A stretch of 64,000 nt of DNA from positions 148,242,001 through 148,306,000 of the forward strand of contig OZ024742.1 in assembly GCA_964016885.1 (NCBI GenBank). Direction: 5' to 3'. The notes under the pieces are model-generated. The model saw only the letters and a list, made by a program, of their open reading frames with translations. It was not told the DNA's origin and did not search any database. Shown here piece after piece: positions 26,757 to 40,782 of the stretch; the first letter of the stretch is position 1, and each line of letters opens with the position of its first letter. Made by a program: the position numbers and the translations under genes. This DNA comes from Eledone cirrhosa. Its lineage: Eukaryota.

Positions 26757-27048
26757 ACACTCACCAGCTGTCAGCCACACACCCAGCTTTTGCCGAAAAC
26801 ATAAGTAAGTGACATAGTCACTACTTCAAAACTAATAGCAAATTGTCTTCTAAATTTTGTTAATTAAACATACGGTATATTACCAAATATACTATACATA
26901 CATTCATGTATACATCGCGATTTCAGAGCACCAATCCTAATATCTAATTTTTTCTGGACCGGCAATCGCTCTGTGTAATCAGCTCCTGGCTGTTACTGGA
27001 ATTCTATAAGAATCCAGCTTCTATAATTTTCGGCAAAGGCAGGTGAGT

Positions 27049-27095
27049 GAGTAACTTTGATAAACGCCAAGCAGCGCGAAACAGCTGTCAGCCAC
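27049..27095 (+). ncRNA. Minimal hammerhead, U3-A8 variant (stem I 5' strand mutated)
   Basis: gtaact-TTGATAA-acgc caagca gcgc-GAAA-cagctg-TC(27089)-agccac. Confidence 0.7.
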
Positions 27096-27221
27096 ACTCC
27101 CAGCTTTTGGTGAAAATATAAGTAAGTGACATAGTCCCTACTTCGAAACTAATAGTGAATGGTCTTCTAAATGTTTTTAACTAAACATACGGTATATTGC
27201 CAAATATACTATTTATACATG

Positions 27222-27373
<152 letters not shown>

Positions 27374-27484
27374 GAAAAAGTATGACCCCGACAGCAGAGC
27401 TCAAGCCATTTCGACGGCTATTTCTGGACTCCAGAAATAGCCGTCGAAACGGCTTGAGCTCTGCCGTCGGGGTCATACTTTTTC
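27374..27484. repeat. Fold-back hairpin with 54-bp arms, 3-nt loop and 2 mismatches
   Basis: gaaaaagtatgaccccgac...tttctgg-act-ccagaaa...gtcggggtcatactttttc, immediately after (TA)n. Confidence 0.95.
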
Positions 27485-29871
27485 CTATTTCCCACTCTAC
27501 TACCCTAAGTATTGAGTACTCTGGTCCATTGATTTTTATGTGGTTGATTTATACTGATTAGGAGAGGAAATACTGTATATATTTTATCTAATGGTTCTTT
27601 GGACTTACATTTATATATACACACCACCTTCACCACTAATTGATTTGACAGATGTCTTTAACACATTGATACCAAACATTATTTGGCCAGTAGTTCGTGT
27701 GTATGTGTAAGTATATATATATGCTTGTGTGAGTGTGTCTATATATATGTATGTTTGCATGCATAAATGAATACACGAAGCTTTAGATTTAGTAGAATGT
27801 ACAACCACTGATTCCAGCTATCTGCACTATCGTATATTTTGGTTTCTAGTAATTTCCCGGGGAATTGGTTGACCAAATGCTTTGCTTAATTGTTTTATTT
27901 ATTAAAAAAGAATTTTTATTTTTTCACTTAGAGTTCAGGTACTTTTTGAAAGCAAAGCATTGGCCCCTAAAAAACTAGAGTGGGCCCTGTAATGCTACCG
28001 TGGGTTCCCTGGGGCCCACTTGCCATTGGGCAACCTGGCAACCTGGCCAGTTCGCCACCGCCGTACTTATTTTCGTTAGCCTAATAAAAATCGTTCGTTT
28101 TCAAGAATGTGTTAAAAAGTAACGGAAGCCTGTGCAATGTCTGCATTGTATATTTGCTTTCAATTTGGTAAGATTCTTTTCCAACGGATCAAAATATCTT
28201 TGTCGAAAAATCGAAGAGTTATTGCATCATTGCTTTATTGCAACGTGGTCGTGTATTGACAGAATCGATATAGCACCAAGACAACTATCTTGCTGTATTT
28301 GATCCGGTTTTTTTAATTTTCAGCGTTTGAATCCCTCTGCGCTCAACTTTACCTTTCATACATTTTAAGGTTTATAAAGCGTTAGACGAAATGTCTTGTA
28401 CTCCTTGTATTTCTCTTAAACAACTTCTGTGATGTAGCAAGGCGATATTTGTTGTTGGATCAACAATTGCTTTCATTAAAAAAAAGTTGCCTTGTTCTGC
28501 GCCCTGGAGAAAAACAGATACATAGTCAATCCTGACATTTGAGGGTCATATACTTGAATTTGTTGAAAGGTAACGAGAATTTCTGCAAATCAGTGTATGC
28601 CTGTTAATGTTATCAATAGGCATAAATTAGACAGGAAACATTTCATGAATGTAAGAGAAGAAATTTCTGCCGAAATAGTTCGACTGCGAAATTGTAAAGC
28701 GCCTTCTTGTTTTGAATAATGACATACTGAAAAGAATCGGAAATTACCATATGAAGTGTTAACATTCCTCGTCATCTAGTTGAAACGTGGCTAGTTATTG
28801 TATAATATAGCAAATCAGTGGGCCTTTGAAGAACCCTATACATTGTTGCTCGACTTACAGGAAACAGCAGTCACGTCATTCACAAATCAAACACCAAAGT
28901 CTTTCCGGAAAGGGCACATTGGATAAAGTAGCTTCAGATACATTGAAAAAATGATGGAACGCCTTTTCCCATACTTTTGCTCCTCGACAAGGATTGACTC
29001 AGAGCGAGACAACTAATTAGATAAATAAATAAAACAAAACTAAGTAACGTTTTCAGCTATAAGTAACAAAATATATTTAGCATCATATTTTGACTGTATC
29101 ACGGAACAAATAAGGTGTTCAGATGTTGCAGCAAGTTGCTTTTTTTCCGGATCAGTTTCACTCTGATGGATGGAAATAATACTGTTTCAGAAGACATTAT
29201 AATCGTTCTATCATGACAAGATCAATGGTTCACAATGCTACCTTAGTTTTATGGCCTCAAGTCAGCTCTGGCGAAGATCTATGACTAAAGGCATACAGCT
29301 GGGACCACCTCGGTGTCCACTTACATTTCTCTTTTAAGATATCAAGTGATATGAAGTAATTTGGCTGCTGTTTCTAGCCGGTCAAACAATCACGTAGAGG
29401 CTTCTTTATTGATTTATTGTGGGTTTAGTTTAAATTAAAGGTGGCTTAGTTAGAGAAAATTGTATATTATATTTGAAGCATGAACATCGGAATATTGAAA
29501 AGTGATTAGGGTTTTCATGAGGTTTTGAAATCCCAATTCAGTCGAATATATAGGATGTTGTTTAGACAATTTGATGAGAAGCATGTACCAACAAATGAGA
29601 AATATTCAGCAGATTTCAAAATGAAATCCTCAAAGCAGTTTAAGCATTCTTAATCTTGAATCCTTTCTTCCAAGTCAGAAAATAAATGTTGAACCAAGTA
29701 AATTATTAATTACACTGGGGATGAATTTTATCTTTTAGTGACACCCGAACGAAAATACTGGATTGTTATAGTATTTTTTGTGTTGAAACCAAATAAGTTC
29801 GTAGCATTTCACTACTAGGTCTTTAAAAAACCATGTAATTACACATTTGTTAAAAACCGACCAAAAAGTGT

Positions 29872-30670
29872 TGGTAATGGTTGTGGAGGTGGTAATGGTT
29901 GTGGAGGTGGTAATGGTTGTGGTGGTGGTAATGGTTGTGGTGGTGGTAATGATTGTGGTGGTGGTAATGGTTGTGGTGGTGGTAATGGTTGTGGTGGTGG
30001 TAATGGTTGTGGTGGTGGTAATGGTTGTGGTGGTGGTAATGATTGTGGTGGTGGTAATGGTTGTGGTGGTGGTAATGGTTGTGGTGGTGGTAATGGTTGT
30101 GGTGGAGGTAATGATTGTGGTGGTGGTAATGGTTGTGGTGGTGGTAATGGTTGTGGTGGTGGTAATGGTTGTGGTGGTGGTAATGATTATGGTGGTGGTA
30201 ATGATTGTGGTGGTGGTAATGATTGTGGTGGTGGTAATGGTTGTGGTGGTGGTAATGATTGTGGTGGTGGTAATGATTGTGGTGGTGGTAATGGTTGTGG
30301 TGGTGGTAATGATTGTGGTGGTGGTAATGGTTGTGGTGGTGGTAATGGTTGTGGTGGTGGTAATGATTGTGGTGGTGGTAATGATTGTGGTGGTGGTAAT
30401 GGTTGCGGTGGTGGTAATGGTTGTGGTGGTGGTAATGATTGTGGTGGTGGTAATGATTGTGGTGGTGGTAATGGTTGTGGTGGTGGTAATGATTGTGGTG
30501 GTGGTAATGATTGTGGTGGTGGTAATGGTTGTGGTGGTGGTAATGGTTGTGGTGGTGGTAATGGTTGTGGTGGTGGTAATGATTGTGGTGGTGGTGGTAA
30601 TGATTGTGGTGGTGGTAATGATTGTGGTGGCGGTAATGGTTGTGGTGGTGGTAATGGTTGTGGTGGTGGT
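29872..30670. repeat. 18-bp minisatellite GGTGGTGGTAATG(G/A)TTGT, ~44 copies
   Basis: Direct reading. Confidence 0.95.
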
Positions 30671-30719
30671 TAAAAATTCTCTTGTCTGTTGGTTCAGACC
30701 TATTACTATTATGAGTTAA

Positions 30720-32120
30720 GCACTAATCAGCAAGCATACTATCTCTGTGGTTCCGTTGGTAATGCTTTTCCATGTTAGAAATGTCCTGATAGAAACATTT
30801 CCCATGTCCCTCATCGCTTACCCTATTAACTTTTAATGACGTTGCGAAGAAAGACTTGAGAATGTCATCTACTATTTCAGGATATTTTTTAGCTTTGTAA
30901 TTTCCTCAAAAAGACGCTTTTGAAACTCTGTCATGCATATTTCTTAACGTTTAAACACTTGTCCATTAACAATTCACGGATCTGAGGGCCTACAAAAAAT
31001 ATCTTTAATCTTTGCCTCATTGATTGGAGAAACTTACTCCTCAGGTATTTGAATTCGGTTTGCGCTCCCCACATCTAGTTTTAATATACTGTTCCATAAG
31101 TGCAAACGAGAAAGTAACACTTTCTTAGGGTCAACAAGTAAATTGTTAAAACAGTTTTCATATCTTGAAAGAATGAAATACGTTTTAGTTAATTCTTCTG
31201 AACATAGTGGTTTTGCTTGTCCTTACTGTCCCATAAAAAACAACAGTGTAACCTAGCTGAAGTCCTAACCATGTGCAATGTCCTTCAGGCCTCCATTGAT
31301 ACTCCACTTATATCTCTGATGCCGAACGTATTCTAAAAGCAATTTCATGTTGTCGTATGGCTCTTTCATGTTTGTAGTATGTACAATAAATACAAAAGGG
31401 AATTTCTTTCCAGTAAGAAGTAATTTCAAACTCAATTTGAGGAATCATTCGCTGCTCATTTACGTTATGTTCATGACCAAAACTGAATTAACATCTTTCC
31501 AAAGCAGGGAGAACTATTTTTTTTTAAATCAATTATGGTGGTTGCAGAAATCACAAACGTTAGTATCATGTGTCAGTAGATCACAACCCTTTAATTTTTA
31601 ATCTAAGAGTTCAGCTGGCCTCTTAGATAAATTCAAATCATGAACTAGATAACTCTAAAAACGCTTCACAAGATGATCAGGAAGCCCGAATTTTTGGCTA
31701 AAAAATGTCTTCATCTTTTTCCTCAAGATATGCTCCGGCTTCTCTTATGCAGGGAATTGATCTCATTGCAGACGATAGATTATGGTATTTAATTGAGTCT
31801 TTATTTTTGGACTGATTCTTTTTCTACAAACAGGCAGAAATAGCAGTGGTGGTATCTTTGGGTTGCCGCCAAATCCTTGGAATAGCAAATAGCATATAAC
31901 GTGAAAAGTTTAACCATTCTATTGATAGCTCTCAACATGTCAGACCACAAATGTAAGAAAACCAGTATTTGTTCTGATTAGTGACTTAGCATCTGAAATA
32001 AAGTTCATGGCGCTTTTGTTCTACTAATGGTGCAAAGTTACGTTTCTGGAATTTTAAAGCTAGGTTACGACATACACAGCAGAAGGCATTAGAGTGATTC
32101 AGATAGTTCCACAGCCAGAA
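30720..32120 (-). pseudogene. Heavily decayed DNA-transposon protein remnant (family not firmly assigned)
   Basis: Minus-strand fragments 'NHSNAFCCVC', 'MLFAIPRIWRQPKD..CYFC' and 'YKWSINGGLK..LQLGYT..WDSK' resemble a widespread metazoan transposon protein (recalled from memory). Many frameshifts. Confidence 0.6.
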
Positions 32121-32407
32121 AAAGTATCTACATGAGCACAGCACTAGTGAACATCGACTGTGTGTAACATATATTAGCTGTTAACACTAGTATTTACAAG
32201 CAGACTGGTTTAGAACCCTTTGCACACAGACACTAGGCTTGGATCTGAACTGGGGGCTAAGGAGGTTGTGGTGGTGGTGGGGGTCGAGATGATATAATAG
32301 TATATTAAATATCAGATGATACATATTATATATAAATATAGTAAAATAAAAAAATATATAATATCTATTTACATGTAGTATATATATAATCTATTATACA
32401 TAAATCA

Positions 32408-32510
32408 ACGAGGTTAACTTTGCTTTTCATCCTTACGGGGTCGATAAAATAAAGTACCAGTAATGCACTGGGTATTTGCTGGCCTTGTGCCAAAAGTAGA
32501 AACAGTTATT
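32408..32510 (+). mobile_element. tRNA-SINE 3' fragment
   Basis: Matches the 115-bp unit at 15023-15568. Confidence 0.8.
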
Positions 32511-33382
32511 TATTATATATTATTTACAATTTGCGTGTAGGAAGGACTCTCTGGAAATAGGGTTGGAGGCGCTGAGGGTATTACTTGACTGTGTTGGGTA
32601 GCCCCAAAAGTTTGAGAACCTCTGCTCTAGCTGATGTACAGCAAAGGGCCATAGAAAATTCCGCCATAGACTGTTCTGTTCAGAAAAAAGAAAGGTTGGA
32701 CGTGGGGTCATTAACCTTGCCTAGTAAAAACCCCCACCATACTACAGAAACCACCAAAATGGGGAGGGGTGGCGTTTAAATGGGAAGTGGGTACTTGGTC
32801 GAGTTATATAGCTAATCCGTCCTAGCATTCTTTATAAGTTCTGTATGTTGCGTTGATTTTGTGCCTGCAATTCGGTTATCGTTTGGGCTCTTGGTGAATA
32901 ATATTTCGTAGCTCTCGATAAATAAATAACTGGATAATAACACAAAAATGTAAATGGAAGAAAGTAGAAATAAACAAACAATTAAAAGAAATATCTACTC
33001 TAAAGTCTAGAAAACAACATTGCGAAAGTAAATGCTTAAGAAAGACCGTAAATAAACCCATGCGTAAAAAGAATGTGAACTAAAGGAAAATAAAGGAAAT
33101 AAATATGTAACTAAATATACAATTAGATGAGGACAAACATGGTCGATGAAAAGAAATATTCGTGGAGATGCAATAGAAAAGATGTGTGTGTGTGTGTGAA
33201 GGGGCTTGAGCGTTCTTGAAACGATAGGTGTGATGGTAAAGGTAAGTGAGATTTGTTTTAATGTAGACTGGTGTCAAGGAGGAAAATGGATGGTGGTGGC
33301 AGTATTGGTGTTGATAGAAAAGGAAGGAAGGAATTAGATAAGAAGTGAGGTAAGATTAGTAAAAAAAAATGAAGACGGGGGA

Positions 33383-33448
33383 GAAGAAGAAGAAGAAGAA
33401 GAAGAAGAAGAAGAAGAAGAAGAAGAAGAAGAAGAAGAAGAAGAAGAA
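33383..33448. repeat. (GAA)n microsatellite
   Basis: Direct reading. Confidence 0.95.
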
Positions 33449-33471
33449 AGAGAATGGGGCCCCATTTGCTC

Positions 33472-33660
33472 ATAATACTTTTTTCTACTTTTGGCACAAG
33501 GCCAGCAATTATCCCAGTGCATTACAGGTGCTTTATTTTGTCGATCCCGAAAGGATGAAAGGCAAAGTTAACCTCGGCGGGATTTGAACTCAGACCGTAA
33601 AGGGTCTTAACTCTATGCAGCGAAGCATGGTGTCCAACGCTCCACCGATACTGTCAACCC
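33472..33660 (-). mobile_element. tRNA-derived SINE
   Basis: Minus: cggtggagcgttgg...gagttcaaatcccgccgaggttaactttgcctttcatcc. Confidence 0.85.
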
Positions 33661-34684
33661 ACATAATAATGAGAGATGGGGAGAGCGGGAGAGACGGAGG
33701 CGATGATTGGGAGTTTGGCTCCTCTGTGTTTGGACCTGGTGTACCGGTGTACCGGTGTATGTGTGACAGATTTGATAGTAATCAAGTTATATTTGTTAAT
33801 ATATATCTATTTTTCTATAAACACGTATGTATATCTAACCTCCCTTACAATTTAGAAAGAGAAGAAAAGTAATGCAAGCAATTAACATAAAATTGAAGGG
33901 GAAATCGAAGCAGCACCAATTAAAGAGAGTGTTAGCCGTGGTATTTATCTGGAGAGGTGTCACAACTGATTAAAAAAAAAAAGAAAAACAAAAGATTACA
34001 GAATACACACAAAAGATTACAGAATACTACATTATAAGTGATAAGTATAGTTGTGTATTTTTGTGTTTAACAGTGAATTGTTTAATACATATCTATAAAA
34101 CCAGCTTTCTGCATACAATGTGGTTTGAGGTATAATGATTATATTAACACAAGCATTAATACATGCATGAATAGAATCTGTAAGTTGTATTGTTATAAAT
34201 ATATTATTAACCACAATAATACCGTATTATTATAGTCTATAGTTAATAATATATTCTTTAGGATAACACAACTCATTCATGTGCGTAATAATAATATGCA
34301 CATGAATGAAAACATAAGAATTGAGTCAATAAAAGTGCTCTATTTAAAGTATATTAATTACAACACGTATTGTTATTTATCATTATTTAACTCATTCTTG
34401 TTTTGAACATTTACCATAATATATCAAGATTTGTAAATAGAAATGAAAAATCTTCAAGGAGATTAAAATCCATCTAAAGGACAAGGTGTAATGATTCTTG
34501 CTTTTGATCTAGATTCCATGATTCCATTAAGATTACTAGTTTTGAAATTTTGATACAGGTTCTACAATTATAAAAATCATTGGTCAACTAACTATGGTTA
34601 ATGAAGATACAACTCAGATGTCGAATAAACCAAGTGAATCTGTTACATCAAACCATTATTTGTCTACTTTTTAAGGGCTGTGGA

Positions 34685-34880
34685 AGGGCGGTGGATTGGT
34701 AGAGCGTCGGATACCATGCTTTGCAGCATGGGGTTACGGCCCTTTTACGGTCTGCGTTCAAATCTAGCCGAGGTTAGCTTTGCCTTTCATCCTTACGGGG
34801 TCGATGAAATAAAAGACCATTAATTGACTTCCCCCTTCCCTGAAATTATTGGTCTTAAGCCTATATCAGAAACCATTATG
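34685..34880 (+). mobile_element. tRNA-derived SINE (same family)
   Basis: A-box-like tggtagagcg, B-box gttcaaatc, then the family body. Confidence 0.85.
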
Positions 34881-35164
34881 TTTCTACTCTTTGGAATATT
34901 AGAAACTATAAAACAGAGGGAACAAACATTTCCAAAGGAATTCACCAAGGATGATTTTAGTCATACATTTCCTCCGTTTTTAATGAAGCTGAAACTTAAA
35001 ATATAGAATGCTTGCTTAACTGGTTAGTTTAGATCAGATGAAAAAGAATGCACTTGTTTTTGTGTTTTCTATGTCTTCAAATAACCTTCCGAATCAACGA
35101 CGCTCTCTTCTTTTTACTATTCCAGAAGTATAGAATAAATAAAGGAGAGTCACTGAAAAGGTAT

Positions 35165-35497
35165 CATAGGGTAAAGACCCACTTCAGTCACGAATGACCA
35201 TGGGATTTGCACCTAGAAAGTTCCCCTCCAAGACACAAGTCCTGGCAAGGTTGTTTGTGGAAGATCAGCAGTCGCCTATGCTTACCAGCCTCCCCTCTCC
35301 ACGCCACCGATGTTTTCCAAGGGAAAATCAATGGCCGATACAGCTAGGCACCAGTGACGTCGCAACTCATTTCACTGGATCATCGTGAAATAAAGTGTTT
35401 TGCTGAAGGAAACAATGCATCACCCCCGGTCCGAGAATCGAACTCACAACCTTACGGTTGCAAGCCCAATGCTCTAACCACTAAGCCATGCGCCCTC
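35165..35497 (-). mobile_element. tRNA-derived SINE, second family
   Basis: Minus: ggcgcatggcttagtggttagagca (A box)...gagttcgattctcgg (B box), then a non-tRNA body. Confidence 0.8.
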
Positions 35498-36639
35498 ACA
35501 AAGGTATCATAGTATGATGGTAATGTTCATCACAAGTGGTGTTATGTCAACTGATGAAACATGGAATTACGATCATCTCATAAATCATCCGTTGGTGTCT
35601 TTTAGTTTCAAGCATTCGAGACCAGAAACATTTTACAAGAAAATTTCACGTGTACCTAGACTTCGTGCTGTAGAACGAAGTCAAGCTTTTAGGGTAAAAA
35701 AAAACGTATCCTGCCCCCCCCCCCCCCTCCCCCCCGAAAAAACCCCAAAACAATGGGAAGTATTTGATATTTTGGACTATCATTACGATAGCCTTATAAA
35801 TTAATATTTAAACAAAGTTAAGGCTACCCCAATGGAATGCATGTAAGCTCATTATTTATCACTTGTTAGTCAAAATTGATTAATTAAGTGTACCAATGAA
35901 GCTAGAAAGGCTTTTCTAACACACTGTAAGAACACAAAATATTACAGTATATCTGTGGGTGCATCACATTATTTCTTATATATAGAACACTGCATTGGTA
36001 TTATGATGTGTTGTTGGGGGTGGGGTAGTGGATATGTTAATAGTGACTATACTGGAAGTGGTGGTGGTAGACATTGATAATAATGGCAGTAGTAGTGGTG
36101 GATTTAATGTTAGTAAAAAGCCGTTGTATATCAAGGTGAGGAATCATAAGTAAGTGTTGTTTTACTATAGCTTTCGATGTAGATATCAGCAGCTTATACC
36201 ATTGCAACCCCAACTGGATAGTGTCAAAGAACGCTCTCTAGCGTGCAGAACCGCAGGTTCAAGCCACATGGTGATTCCAGCGAACAGAATGGAGAAAGTG
36301 TTACCCTGGAGGATAGTGAGAGAAACATGTTGAAATAGCCATTCAAACTTGTGGGGTTCATTCTTGTTCGTGGCTAACTCCACCCTGGTAGCAGTGAGTA
36401 GGGAGGTGGTGCAGGGACCAAGAATTCCAGAAGTCTCCAACCCTACAGGTTCAACAGCGAACCTATCTGAAAGCAGCCAATACTTAAACAGCTTGTGATC
36501 TTTAATTTGAAGGGCAGTACACCTGGGTCTGTCGCTGAATGTGCCAGATTACTGTTGAGGAAAGTATCGTTTCATGTCACGTCTCACATGAGGGGTATAC
36601 CACCGTGGAACGGGAAAATAGGGATTACAAGCCAATAAT

Positions 36640-38025
36640 AATTAAATGAAAAACTTCTTGATTTTGTTGACTGTAAAAAAAGATGATACGCTGGCCAAAT
36701 GAATACTGGATAGTCTAAAGATCACGATATTTTATTTTCTCCCCGTAGTGGACAAAGCTCTGAAAACGTAACATGTCTTTTGGCTATAAGTAACATGTCT
36801 TTTGGCTATAAGTAATATGTCTTTTGGCTATAAGAATTTTTAAGCTATTCTATGTCATTCCCATCATTGACTATATTTTCTCTTATATAATCACAACTTA
36901 CATGGAGTTATTGTAGCTGAGTGTTGTAATGAAGTTACTACTTACTTTGGATCTGTTCAAAAACTCTTTAGCACAGGCATGTCAAACATGGGGCCCTTTA
37001 CAAGCACACCTGTGACCCGCACAAAGGATTTTACAACGTGAGCATAATATAAAATAAAAAATATTAGTTAAAATGTGCACAATTAGTTGTCATGTGTGGC
37101 CATCGGACAACACATATGTGACCCATATGGCCCTCGGGGGACCCTCAGTTTGACATCACTGCTTTAGCATATTTTTCTAGTAGTTCCCTCCAAAATGGCA
37201 AATTCTGAAATATTGTATAGAAGTTTCACTGCATGGTACCTCGGATATTCTATGACCAGAAATAGTTGAAAGTTCTAATACCATCGTAGCTCATAATCCT
37301 GGTAAAATCAAGTATGCTCTTGTTTACTCTGAATCTAACATCAGAAACAACTCAACACTTAAGCACTATCAAACATAAATTTGACAGTTTCCTCGTTGAA
37401 GCCAAAGTTGTTACTGAAAATATTAAAAACCCAAATGAATTTTTCAACAAGAGACAAATGAAACATTTTCATCACTTCTGCTATCGAAGATAGATTTAAG
37501 GTAGGAATAGTTTACGCTTTATTTGATTTGTTTCAAATATTTTGAGATGCTTCAATGCTGCATCTTATTTTAATAATTTATTTGGATTCATATGGAAATA
37601 TCTTGAAATAAAAAATTATTGTATTGAACTCAGTTAATCAATTGTATGAAATATATAATATCGATATATCAACTGATATGAAAGATAAAATATTCTATTC
37701 AAAATCAATATATGAATTAAATATTACTCCGACCCGAATTCCATCAATTGAATTATTAAGGTTACTGAGCTGTATCTTCAAGAACTATTCCCTAATGCAA
37801 TTATAGTACTTCGAAGTTTTTGCAGCCTACCAGTGATAGTTGCAGAGGCTGATAGCTCTTTCAGTATTTTAACTTCTATTAAGAATTTTACGAGATCAAC
37901 TATGTGCCAAGATTGGTAATCTAATCTGAATATCTCAGCAGTGGAACCATCATTTACGCATGACCTTAAGTACAACTATGTAACTGATGTCTTTGCTAGT
38001 TGAAAAGGCTAGGAAAGTTTTCTTA
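36640..38025 (+). pseudogene. Decayed hAT transposase (ZMYM1/Tip100-like)
   Basis: 'ILDSLKDHDI..SGQSSEN' and C-terminal dimerisation motif 'LFPNAIIVLRSFCSLPVIVAEADSSFSILTSIKNFTRSTMCQ'. Confidence 0.75.
36974..37161. mobile_element. 188-bp hAT (Charlie-like) MITE with 8-bp TSD
   Basis: TIRs CAGGCATGTCAAAC / GTTTGACATCACTG. TSD CTTTAGCA at 36966-36973 and 37162-37169. Confidence 0.9.
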
Positions 38026-38769
38026 TAATTAATATTATATAATTTTTATTTTTTTATTTGGTAAAAAAAAAAATTATATTTCTATTTGATACTGTAATGT
38101 TTTTACTGAGTTGGTAATTACGAATAAAATCATGTGAATCAGGAGACAAAGTCTTTGTCACTAATGGTGATGCTGATGATGAACATAAGGAGGATGGGGA
38201 ATGGAGGCGGATGATAAGGAGAATGATGATGAAAAGGAGACAAAGGAAGAACACTACAATAGCAAGAGTAAGAAGAAAGAAAGATTGTTAAGAAACGGAT
38301 GCCAGAAATTATAAGACAGTTTGACAAGATAGACTGACCGAAGGAAGCTTGTGGGATTCATTAAAGCATTTCTTAGTGTTCCAAACACAGACCATTAACA
38401 TAGCTAACTGAATCCTGAAACCACCATCACTACCACACTCACCTCCTCTACCAGCAAGAACAAAGAGACCACCAGCACCATCACTAGCACCATTATCACT
38501 TTCAATCGTAATCACTTTCAAACCATACATATCACGATAACCTTCTACATCAGGTTAAGTTTCACTATCACAAGATATTAATAACATCGCTAACTATAGC
38601 ATAAAAGATCTAGAAAAAAAGGAGGCCGCCATAACGAGGCTGCTTGACTTGCTAGAAATATTCAACATTGTCATACCACACTATTTTAAATATAAGTTAC
38701 ATTAAATGATATAATCTCCGATGTTCACATAAGTAGATGAGGTGGACAAGTCCACTCTATGAGGTGAGC

Positions 38770-38790
38770 CAAACAACAACAACATGAGCC

Positions 38791-38842
<52 letters not shown>

Positions 38843-38975
38843 AACAACAGCAATAACAACAACAAAAAACAGCAAAAAAGAAACAATAGCATCAATACTT
38901 CTACAATCAACATTATGACCACCACAACTACAACTGTTACCACCACTACAAACACAACTATTACTACTACTACTA
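38770..38975. repeat. (CAA)n grading into (ACT/ACC)n low complexity
   Basis: Direct reading. Confidence 0.9.
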
Positions 38976-39101
38976 CAGGGTGGCCCAAAAGTCGCAATAC
39001 ATAGGACATTTTTAAGTTTCCATATTTATTTATTTTGAATAAATGGTTTCTTATAAAACATAATTATTTTTTTTATGTATAGCGACATTTGGGCCACCCT
39101 G
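38976..39101. mobile_element. 126-bp Tc1/mariner-type MITE with TA TSD
   Basis: TA-CAGGGTGGCCCAAAAGTCGC ... GCGACATTTGGGCCACCCTG-TA. Confidence 0.9.
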
Positions 39102-39103
39102 TA

Positions 39104-40782
39104 CAATCATTACAAACACTACCACTATTACCATGACAACAACAATCATTGCCATCAATACAACAATTACCACCACCAAAACCATTACCACCACCTTAAT
39201 CATTACTATCACAATCATTACCACCACTACAACCATTACAACCACCTTAATCATTACTACTACAACCATTACCGCCACTACAACCATTATCACCACCTTA
39301 ATCATTGCTACTACAACCATTACCACCATCATAACAACCATTACCACCTCCGCAATCATTACTACTACAATCATTACCACCACCGCAATCATTACTACAA
39401 CAACCATTACCACCACCATAACAACCATTACCACCACCGCAATCATTACTACAACAACCATTACCACCACCATAACAACCATTACCACCACCATAACAAC
39501 CATTACCACCACCATAACAACAATTACCACCTCCGCAGTCATTACTACTACAACCATTACCACCACCATAACAACCAGTACCACCTCCGCAATCATTACT
39601 ACAACAACCATTACCACCACCATAACAACCATTACCACCACCATAACAACCATTACCACCACCATAACAACCAGTACCACCTCCGCGATCTTTACTACTA
39701 CAACCATTACCACCACCATAACAACCATTACCACCACCATAACAACAATTACCACCTCCGCAGTCATTACTACTACAACCATTACCACCACCATAACAAC
39801 CATTACCACCACCGCAATCATTACTACAACAACCATTACCACCACCATAACAACCATTACCACCACCATAACAACCAGTACCACCTCCGCGATCTTTACT
39901 ACTACAACCATTACCACCATCATACCAACCATTACCACCACCATAACAACCATTACCACCACCGCAATCATTACTACAACAACAATTACCACCACCATAA
40001 CAACCATTACCACTACCATAACAACCATTACCACCACCGCAGTCATTACTACAACAACAATTACCACCACCATAACAACCATTACCACCACCGCAGTCAT
40101 TACTACAACAACCATTACCACCACCATAACAACCATTACCACCACCATAACAACCATTACCACCACCATAACAACCATTACCACCACCATAACAACCATT
40201 ACCACCTCCGCAATCATTACTACTACAACCATTACTACCACCATAACAACCATTACAACCACCATAACAACCATTACCACCTCCGCAATCATTACTACTA
40301 CAACCATTACTACCACCATAACAACCATTACCACAACCATAACAACCATTACCACAACCATAACAACCATTACCACCGCCGCAATCATTACTACTACAAC
40401 CATTCCTACCACCATAACAACCATTACAACCACCATAACAACCATTACCACCGCCGCAATCATTACTACTACAACCATTCCTACCACCATAACAACCATT
40501 ACAACCACCATAACAACCATTACCACCATAACAATCATTACTACTACAACGATTACCACCACCATAACAACCATTACCACCTCCGCAATTATTACTACTA
40601 CAACCATTACAACCACCATAACAACCATTACCACCTCCGCAATCATTACTACTACAACGATTACCACCACCATAACAACCATTACCACCTCCGCAATTAT
40701 TACTACTACAACCATTACCACCACCATAACAACCATTACCACCTCCGCAATTATTACTACTACAACCATTACCACCACCATA
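39104..40782. repeat. Composite 21/33-bp minisatellite, left segment
   Basis: Units accattaccaccaccataaca and accattaccacctccgcaatcattactactaca. Confidence 0.95.

Noticed and set aside
28061-28780. Possible transposase remnant
   Set aside because: No motif could be identified with confidence; needs BLASTX.
35425-35497. tRNA gene
   Set aside because: A and B boxes are present, but the sequence continues into a SINE body with no clean acceptor stem.
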